A stretch of DNA of 64,000 nt, taken from contig OZ231126.1 in NCBI GenBank assembly GCA_965153355.1, forward strand, positions 14,384,001 to 14,448,000, in the 5' to 3' direction. A model generated the notes under the pieces. That model was not told the origin of the DNA, did no database searches, and saw only the letters and a list, made by a program, of their open reading frames with translations. How positions within the stretch are numbered: position 1 is the first letter of the stretch; every line of letters begins with the position of its first letter. This document shows positions 41,357 to 64,000 of this stretch, piece after piece. This DNA comes from Flaccisagitta enflata. Taxonomy: Eukaryota. A program made the position numbers and the translations under genes.

Positions 41357-42929
41357 CAAGAGGCGGACAGACATTCGAGACAGACGGACAGATAGAGTTG
41401 ATTTCAGCGCATGTTTCCTTCCAATTTCATGTCTTGCGCAATAACATGAAATTCACTTGAATCGAAAGTAAAACTTGAAGCGGTTTATCTTGGACAAGTT
41501 ATAATCAATTTCAATGTTAAAACCCGCATTTTGGCTTGCGCCTCCCTCCCTTCAGCTACGATATTGAAACCCTGCATTACTTCGTTTTCCCTTTCCTTTG
41601 CCCACTTGGACGACTGGATACATACTTTGGCATTTTTTAGCGCAAATGTGCCTTTGTGAGTGCGAATGATTGATTGTGAACATGGATGCGTATCAGTTCG
41701 TGCTACTATGGGATTGGGAAAGCGGATTTTAAGAGCAAAAATGTGTGTTTGGGAATGCAACAATAAAATAGTAATTTGTCTTTAAGGTTAAGTATGTAAA
41801 CATACGAGGGCAGACTGAAAATGCTGATTTGAAACTAAATTGAATGGTCCACGAATCGTCATCGCAAGCACCGGTAGTAAAATAAGCAAAACAGTGTTTA
41901 TTTTCATGATGGAGTAGTAAGGTGCAAAAAGCAAAACAAGAAGTTAGCCTGAATTTTCGAAATCAGAGGCAAAGAGGGAGAAGAAAGAGACAGGGTTTTA
42001 TAGTTTTTAGTCGCGGACATGCGACTCTATAAGCCATTTTTCAGTCGGTCGGTCGGTCGGACCATCCGTCCGTCCGTCCGTCACAAAGTGTTTTTTCGGG
42101 GTTTTCCGCTCCTGTTCGCGACTAATGCTGCCATGTAAACGGCCTTGTTTTGAGTTGCGTCGGTCCGTCGGTCTATCCATGATGAAAAACGCGTGTTTAA
42201 GACACTTTTTGTGTATGTTTGTGTGTAGGGAGGGGGTTCGGGTGAGGATTGGGGTTGGATGCAACGATATTGTTACCCCCGCGTCAGTTGTGTTTTTTTC
42301 CAAATTTATCACAACCATTTGACCTAACTAACAAACTACGTTATTATTCATAAAAAAAGCTTCTCATCAGAGACAGGTTAATCTAGCAGTGTGAATCAAA
42401 TGAGATAAAGCAATTTTCCACTTGTACACGGCTGACAGATTTCGGTTGAGGCCAAACATGTTGAGGCCAAATGTGTTTAAGGTCAATCTATTCCATCACA
42501 CAGCTACAGCTGCTATCGCCAACCGCATTTCATTAAGACATCAGCGATTTTTTACATTCTTTTTCTTTCAAGTTTATATGTTCTTGGACAGACCTACCAT
42601 TCGGGCGGAAAAATTCCATTGTATGAATATAATCCAGTTTCTGAGAGTGAGATAGCTAACTTGAACCATAGTCGACTAATCGTACAAGATCAATAACGAA
42701 AACTGTCAGAACTCAGAAGAGAAAAGGAAAAGAAAATCATAACATTCACCAAAAAATGTTATTGTTTTCTCTTTTTTCGAGCCGGACTAGAGAAGTAGAA
42801 AGTATCGGCCGATCCCAGTCAAGTGAGGTCTGAGGAACGACGACTTTCGACTTTGGACTTAAGATCGCAGCGCGGCGAGGAGGGGGAGGGGAAAATGACG
42901 AAACGGAGAGGAGAGAATAATACCTGAAA

Positions 42930-43033
<104 letters not shown>

Positions 43034-43034
43034 A

Positions 43035-43140
<106 letters not shown>

Positions 43141-43558
43141 ATGAAACAAATAAAGAAACAAAGACAAAAAATCAAGGAAACAAATAAACAAACAAACAAA
43201 AGAACAAACAAAAGAACAAAGAACGAGACAGAGAGTGAGAAAGAGCGGGCGATGGATCATCGATCAAAGAAAGGAAAAAGATGGAATGGGATGGGGGAAA
43301 TGGGGGGGGGTTGTTCGTCCCTGCTCGACCGTCCGCGACTCTACTGTAATCCCGCTTTCCTTCTTTCGTTATTCGCAGTTTTAATAAATAAAAGATAAGT
43401 GCTCCGATACTTTCACAAAGATGATCCGCTCATTGCCAGCATCACATACATCGCAACCATATAGATTTGTTTGATTTATTTTCTTTCTTTCTTTCTTTTT
43501 TTTTTTTTTTTTTTTTTTTTTTTGGTTAACATCATTTCGCTTTACCTGTCCTTTCCTC

Positions 43559-56932
<13,374 letters not shown>

Positions 56933-57263
56933 ATGACAAGGACACAATTAGATCGAAAATCATTTCACAAACAAAGAAAAAATACAACCTACATGCTATC
57001 ATAATCATCATGTCTTTACCTAAAAAACAGTGAAACGAAATATCCTAAAAAAAAACCAAAACACAAAACGAAAGAAGTTGAACGACAACAAAACCAAAAC
57101 CAAAGAAGTTGAACGACAACAATATCACGAGAGTGGCATAAAGAGAGAAAAAACATCGGATATGGACTGAAACGAAAAGAGAGCAAGATGAAAATAACGA
57201 TTTTAAACAAAAAAACGCAGCTTTATTATAATTAGAAGGTCATATTATTTCAAAAGCTTTTTT

Positions 57264-58710
57264 TCAAGCAGCCATACGCTCCTGCTCTTCTTTTATCCTT
57301 CGAAAACTTTGTGGATGAGTAGATTGGTTCTTCGTCAACTGTAAGACTTTCCATTTCCCCCAAAATTTGTACAACACGATAAGTAGCATTAACGAAACAT
57401 TGGCGATGATCAAGTAGATCCACCAAGGGAGGCTTTCGTCGATAGGCGTTGTCATGGTGGTGATGATGGGATCTGGAGATGACTGTGAGGGGGTGACTGT
57501 GGTGGTGATTGGGCTTTCAGTGGTTTCTGTGGTGGGTCTTTCGGTGGTTTGCGTGGTCGGAGGTTCGGCCGTTGTCGTTATTTCTATGCCGACGAGAAGC
57601 TTTTGTGGTGGCGTGAGTATCGATCTGAACAGGAAAGTCTTAGCTTTGCCTTTCATAGCGACGTTCCTTTAGTAGGTATAAACAGATTGTTTTTCTTTTG
57701 CAGGCTTGCCAAAAAGGAAGAAACGATCATTTACAGATACCAATAAATGTCACTATATCAGTCGGCTCTGATAATCCGTCAGTCGCTCTGTGCTTCCGTC
57801 CATCCGTTTTTAGTTGCGGACACGCAACTCTATAAGAGGCTTTGTCCGTTCGTCGGTCCGTCGGTCCATTGGTCCGTCCGTCCGTCCGTCCGTCCGTCAC
57901 GCTCGAGTTGAAAAGTGGGAAAACGCTCCTGCCCACCCGTAAGCAACTGGTGGCCGTGTATCCGGCCTTGTTCAGCGGTTTTCCACCAATACCCCGCTCA
58001 AATTCCTGAGTGACTTCAAAACATTAGTCACACCTACGCGCATGCGACTCATTAACACGCTTTAAAATGAGGATTTGGTTTTTTTTTACTATCAGTAGTA
58101 TTTTATTACCATGCTTGAGGTTTGGAGGGCAAGGTAAAATTCTCGGAAAACTCCATAATCGGCCCCTCGCCGGAATAAGATGTATTCATGTCGGAGATGT
58201 TGTATTCAAACTTGAAGACGTAGTCCGCTAAGCCCACGTGCATGGGGAAATAGGACTTTCCCACCAGGATTTCAAACTGTATATGTAGGATACATGCAGT
58301 GCTGATCACTTGCAGTGTTGCGAAGTAAATCATTTCCTACATCATTATATTTGGTATTTTGTATAATGAAAGCAATTACGTACTGTCCTATCTGGTCAAC
58401 ATGTACCGAGAACTGTGTTTGGTTCTGTCTCTCCAGTTCCATCAAGTCCATGTTTCTCACTGTCCACGTGGCATTCACTGTAACAGCCGTATCTGTAAAA
58501 GTGGACAAGTATGAAGACACCAAGTGGATAATCTACCGACCAACTGACCGACCCACTGACAGCAGGACGGACGAATATGAAAATCATATGATCTTGAATA
58601 GACACGCGAAAGAGGAAAAGTACCTTATATTTCCTCTGATACAACTGTTAGACATCACACCTGGCTGTCGTTGGGCTACAGGAACCCTTCCATTGCAATA
58701 TGGAGCTGCA

Positions 58711-58763
<53 letters not shown>

Positions 58764-60075
58764 GCAACAACAACAACAACAACAACATCCTCAGTTTCAA
58801 CCACCACGAAAACAACAAATTTTCTGTCAAAAAGAACAAAAGCACAAACGACATCATCACCATCTGCCAGTCCTTAAAAAACAAGGCCAACACCTATAAG
58901 TCGCGTGCGAGACTTACTGACTTAGAATGACTTAGAAAGACTTAGAATGCCTGAGAATGACTGAGAATGACTTAGAATGACTTAGAATGACTTAGAATGA
59001 CTTAGAATGACTTAGAATGACTTAGAATGACTTAAAATGACTTAAAATGACCAAAAATGATGAAATGACCTAATGACCAAAAATGACTTAAAGTGCTTTA
59101 AAATGACTTAAAATGGCTTAGAATGACATAGAATGACTTAGAATGCCTTAAAATTACTTAGAATGACTAAAAATGACTAAAAGAAATAAAAGTGATAAAA
59201 AAAGTAAAGTGTGACAGACCGACCGACAGACCGACAGACCGACGGACAAAGCGGGTTGTAGAGTCGCGTGCACGCGACTAAAAACTGTCAACCTGAATTC
59301 TCTTGATCGTCCAACGTTAGCCGAAACGAGTCGATTAATATGAAGAAGATGTCCAACTCTTCCCCATATCCACAACCTTAACAAAAAAAAAAACACTCCG
59401 AAAAAAAAGTTGTGGAGAAAAATGCATTAATTCGCTAACCGACGGAAACGGGCTGTCATTAAATCAACAAGTGGTCACAACATCGTCGCGGACAGGTGGG
59501 CAGGGGCGTCAAAAACGCTTGTGTTTCCACTTTTTTACTCGATCACCACGGACGGACGGACGGACTAAGGCTCTTAAAGAATTGCGTGTCCGCAACTTAA
59601 ACCTATCAAAACAATTCATGCATAACATTCAATTCAAGGCATACGTCACTCTTTATTGGTAGTGAAATGCATACTTAATGCTGGTGAGTTTGGTTGACTT
59701 TCCAGACCTCCCGCGTTGAATGCGGTTACGCGGAAAGAAAAAGTTTCGTCTTTGTCAGGTCGACTTGGAGCCTGCGGAAAAAAGATGGATTCTTGACTCT
59801 TTTCATGGCGACTTGTTCAAGAGTCACACATTTTTTGACTCGTCTTGTCTTTTCTTACTCAAATTTTTGCTCTCAAGGATTAGCTCCTCCAGTCAATCAT
59901 TCGTTCATTCATTCGTTCATTCATTCATTCATTCATTCATTCATTCATTCATTCATTCATTCATTCATTCATTCATTCATTCATTCATTTATTCATTCCC
60001 ATCTTAAGATTCTACTCGCCCTTCTTTCTTTCGTTCTTTCTTTCCTGCTTCCATTCTTTCTTTCTGTCTTTCCTG

Positions 60076-60125
<50 letters not shown>

Positions 60126-60515
60126 GTCTTTCTTTCTTTCTTTCTTTTCTTTGCTTTTTTTCTCATTTTTTTCTTTCTTCCTTTGTTTGTTTGCTCGTTA
60201 GCTTCTTTGTTTGTTTGTTTCTTTCTTTCTTTCTTTCCTGCTTCCTTCCTTTCTTTCTTTCTTTTTCTCTCTTTCTTTCTTTCTTTCTCTCACTCTTTTT
60301 CTCATTTTTTTTTCTTTCTTGCTTTGTTGATTTGCTCGTTACTTTGTTTCTTTGTTTCTTTTTTTTCTTTCTTTCTCTCTTTCCTTCTTTCTTTCTCGTT
60401 ACTTTGTTTCTTTCTTTCTTACTTTCTTTCTTTCTTTCTTTCTTACTTTTTTGCCCACTTTCTTTCTTTCTTTCGTTCTTTCTTTCTTTCTTTCTTACTT
60501 TTTGCCCTCTTTATT

Positions 60516-60563
<48 letters not shown>

Positions 60564-60624
60564 TTTTTCTTTTTTGCCTTCTCTTTTTTATGCCCTCTTT
60601 CTTTTGGTCGTTTGTTCGGTTTTT

Positions 60625-60718
<94 letters not shown>

Positions 60719-60750
60719 TCCTGCTTTCTTTCTTTTGCTTTCTTTCTTTT

Positions 60751-60794
<44 letters not shown>

Positions 60795-60834
60795 TCCTGC
60801 TTTCTGCTTTCTTTCTTGCTTTCTTTCTTTCCTG

Positions 60835-60873
<39 letters not shown>

Positions 60874-60877
60874 TCAT

Positions 60878-60961
<84 letters not shown>

Positions 60962-61037
60962 TTTGCCTTCTCTTTTTTATGCCCTCTTTCTTTTGGTCGT
61001 TTGTTTGGTTTTTTCTTTCTTTCTTTCTTTCTTTTTT

Positions 61038-61089
<52 letters not shown>

Positions 61090-63029
61090 TCCTTCTTTCT
61101 TTCTTTCTTTCTTTCTTTCTTTCATACTTTACTTCTTTCTTTCTTTCTCTCCTTCTTTCTTTCTTTCTTACTTTTTTTTCTTTCTTTCTTTCTTTCTTCC
61201 TTTCTTTCCTGCTATCTTTCTTTCTTTCTTTCTTTCTTAACCTATCTACATCTTTTACTCTGTCTCACTCACAACCCTTCTCATAGTATAACGCGTAACG
61301 CACCAAAATTTCAAAAGTTTGCGTTTCGCCGGCGGATCTTATCAGCGATGCCTGGTCAAGGAAAAGTATCGTTGCATTTTTCCATTCACCCCAGGTATTT
61401 TTTAAGTCACGGCCCATCTCCACCTTAAGATAATTTGAAATTTTTGAAAAGGCACACCAAAAAAATCCATGCAAATGACACTGATCTGGTTTCTCTTGCG
61501 CTTGCACGCGCTGCATAGCAAGATGACTTGGAGATGAAATCTACGGTCTAACGATAGTTTCTAACTGTTGTCACCTTATATTTAGCGACGTTGTGGGCGG
61601 ATGAAACGTCGTTAGCACCGACGGCCGTCCAACAGAGCAGTATCGTGCCCTGTCTCCGACTGACGCCGGCCACTTGAAGATCCCAGATTTGCTTCGGCGG
61701 AACAAACGGATCCAAATTTCCTTTGAACTTGTGCCCAGGTGGCAATTTCATGGTAAAAGCTGCCAACATTATAGAAAGATTCATAGTAACATAAAATTTA
61801 ACGTGCATGAATTCGTTTTGAGAAAAAGTACGTAATGCAAATAAAACAGATCGAACCTTTCCCAGCGATGGCGCGCGTAAAGGGGGAGCTCATCCGAACA
61901 TATTGCGCTGTGCCATTTGTATCCGTCTCGGAGACCCATCCTTGACCTTAATGAATGGTGCGCTTCATTGTAGATTCCTTTTACATGGCATTTTTTTTTT
62001 AATAACAATCAACGCCATGAACACTAACAGGGTCCAGAAATGTGAAAAAAGCGCGATCTAATTTCCTCCACTTGTCACGAGACTAATTTTAGGGTGGGGT
62101 CAAATTTTGAAATAGACCAAATTTTAAACAAAAGAGCAAATTTCACCCGAATATGACTTATAAAGTTAAAGTAGACCATGTTCTAGTTGGAATATCAAAA
62201 AAAGAAAGACACTTTCTTTCGATACTTTTTTACAAGGATTCAAAATCTGCAATCAGATTTTTAAATATCCCATTTTGAAATTTTTACCTCATATGGCCTT
62301 TTGACCTGAGACATGCAGCGGTAGCGGCCCAAATCTTGACCAGAGAATTTTTTTGATGGTCTGAGCTGATTCCCCATCCTAAAATTGGTCTTGTGACAAG
62401 TGGATGAAATTAGATCACACTTAATATACATTTCTGGACCCTATTACCATAAACAGCGTCGCTCAATTTGACCTTCATCGATGTTTGCTAATTGTCCCTC
62501 CCCAAATTCAATTTCAACGGTAGTAGCTAATAACGGCGCTGCCACGGACCACGGTGCCACCACCCATATGAAATAGAAATTGATCCAACAATTTACCACC
62601 AACGTCGAACCGCCAAGAATATCGGTCGGGCGTGGTGTAATCGACGAATTGGGCCGAGTAAATGCCGTCGTTGATCTTGTTATCCGGATATCGACCATCG
62701 TCCCGCAGAGCCAGATAGAAGAATGGTTTGACGTCCGAGGGTCGTTCAATTTTCGCCGTCACGGTTAACCCGAGAAGCGGATATCCACCCTGCACCGCCT
62801 CCAAATGAAACGAGACTGGAGTTGGGAAGTCCACTATATATTCTGGGTTCACGGATTTTGTGATTTCGATGGTTTGACTTGGGTCATATTTGCCATGGGC
62901 GCAGGATTGGAGCGATAGGAGAAAAGCGCCCAGGATTTGAGTAGAAACCGTCAGGAAATACATTTGGTTGGGAGATACGCCGATGAATGTAATATTGTAA
63001 TAAAAAGTAATTGCTCGTAAAGTACGCAA
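57264..63029 (-). CDS. CLCA-like: 3' part of a CLCA-family (calcium-activated chloride channel regulator-like) gene with Thr-rich stalk and TM helix
   Basis: Exons ~63010-62535, 62487-62448, 61946-61857, 61759-61575, 61423-61304, 59771-59675, 59376-59293, 58705-58661, 58492-58380, 58276-58110, 57666-57264 are phase-compatible. They encode CLCA-type motifs in order: FPTPV..VQGGYPLLGLTVTAKIE, LRDDG..D...NDGIYS..F....RYS, AVYGQGW, FTR....AFT, PP.QIWDL, WTAVG, NAT...AGETQTFE, FRVTAFN. 5' exons lie upstream or outside the window. Confidence 0.85.
57806..57972 (+). mobile_element. Family A HINE-like element (intronic)
   Basis: TTTTTAGTTGCGGACACGCAACT...GGCCGTGTATCCGGCCTTGTT. Confidence 0.8.
58880..59284 (-). 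mobile_element. Family D HINE-like element with a 10-mer (AATGACTTAG) array (intronic)
   Basis: AACAAGGCC...AGTCGCGTGC at one end, AGTCGCGTGCACGCGACTAAAAA at the other. Confidence 0.8.
59895..61236. repeat. (CATT)n then long (CTTT)n tract (intronic)
   Basis: Direct reading; internal duplication ~60574 and ~60962. Confidence 0.95.
62027..62444. mobile_element. MITE with ~75-bp imperfect TIRs and TA flanks, at a splice donor
   Basis: TA|ACAGGGTCCAGAAATGT...ACATTTCTGGACCCTAT|TA; arms include GATCTAATTTC.TCCACTTGTCAC. Confidence 0.82.
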
Positions 63030-63201
63030 GAATATCGCTGATGACGAGGCGGCAAAAAGTGCTTTTTCTTTTGTTTTGTTTCAAATGACTTTTGAAAAAG
63101 CGTTCCTCCGACTATAAAAAGTAAGCGGAAAAGGCAACAAACCGAATGAGTCGCTCATTAATAGCAAATGGATGGGAAGGGCCGAGCGATGATATACAAA
63201 G

Positions 63202-63356
63202 GGTGCGTCAGCATTCACCATATCATTTGGATATTTTATTTGGATATCAATATCCGGATATTCTACATAGTGAATTTACAAGATTTACTACATGAAATAT
63301 CCGGATATTGATATTCAAATAAAATATCCGAATTAGCTGATTAATGCAGACACACC
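63202..63356. mobile_element. Short palindromic MITE-like hairpin
   Basis: GGTGYGTCWGCATT ends; arms GGATATTTTATTTGRATATCAATATCCGGATATT in inverted orientation. Confidence 0.65.
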
Positions 63357-63460
63357 TATAGACACTCTTTTCAGTTTAAAAGGTCCAGTGGATCTTCTCT
63401 TATCTAAAATGTATAATTCCACGATAGTTTGAAGCTACTTCATTTGAATAATGAAGCAGG

Positions 63461-63720
63461 AAACAAGGCCAAGTAAAGGCCAATAAGTGCGCCCCGCTTG
63501 ATTAAGAATTTGTGAATGAACGTTTTGCATGAACGAACGAACGAATGAATGAATGAATGAATGAATGAATGAATGAATGTATGAAAATGGTGGTGCATGA
63601 AGGTGATAAGAATGAAGAAATATGCCAGAATCAGCCGTTTTGCACATTTCAAACGTTTGCGTTACCGACCGACCAACCAACCGACCAACCAACGGACATG
63701 ACCTCTTATAGAAGTGCGAT
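63461..63720 (-). mobile_element. Family F HINE-like element
   Basis: Reverse complement of 4696-4964; 5' palindrome truncated. Confidence 0.75.
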
Positions 63721-63779
63721 TGCTCCCAACGTACTGTACACAGAGGCCAGAAAAACTGCCAGCAATATATATATAAGAG

Positions 63780-63856
<77 letters not shown>

Positions 63857-64000
63857 CAAACAGGATCGCCAAGTGAAAAAACTGCGACGCGACAGTTCAA
63901 AATACCTTATCAGCTTATCAAAGGATCGAGGTCACCAATGCAAAGAATCGAATCCACTTTAAGCTGTTGACTGAAGTCCGAAATTGCGCGAAACGTGACG

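Noticed and set aside
58315..58930. Plus-strand polyQ/polyN ORFs
   Set aside because: (CAA)n tract in an intron of the minus-strand CLCA-like gene

Overview
AT-rich, repeat-dense eukaryotic (metazoan, probably invertebrate) genomic DNA. Most ORFs in the supplied track are artefacts of microsatellites and dispersed repeats. Three host genes can be supported. (1) A two-exon minus-strand gene with two divergent RRM-like domains (27519-28800). (2) A multi-exon plus-strand gene for a low-complexity, probably disordered protein with polyQ, K/E/R repeats, a poly-D tract and a Gly/Lys tail (~43559-56932). (3) The 3' half of a minus-strand CLCA-family gene with an extra domain, a Thr-rich stalk and a transmembrane helix (57264 to >63000). 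The rest is a nested set of mobile DNA: dozens of short non-autonomous Helentron-like (HINE/DINE-1/pearl-type) elements in at least six families with co-varying terminal hairpins; MITEs with 9-, 8-, 4- and 2-bp TSDs; four LINE reverse-transcriptase remnants, one with a WVDD motif; and a 768-bp TRIM-like element with identical 219-bp terminal repeats. Gene models are hand-built from splice phase and remembered family motifs. No database search was run.
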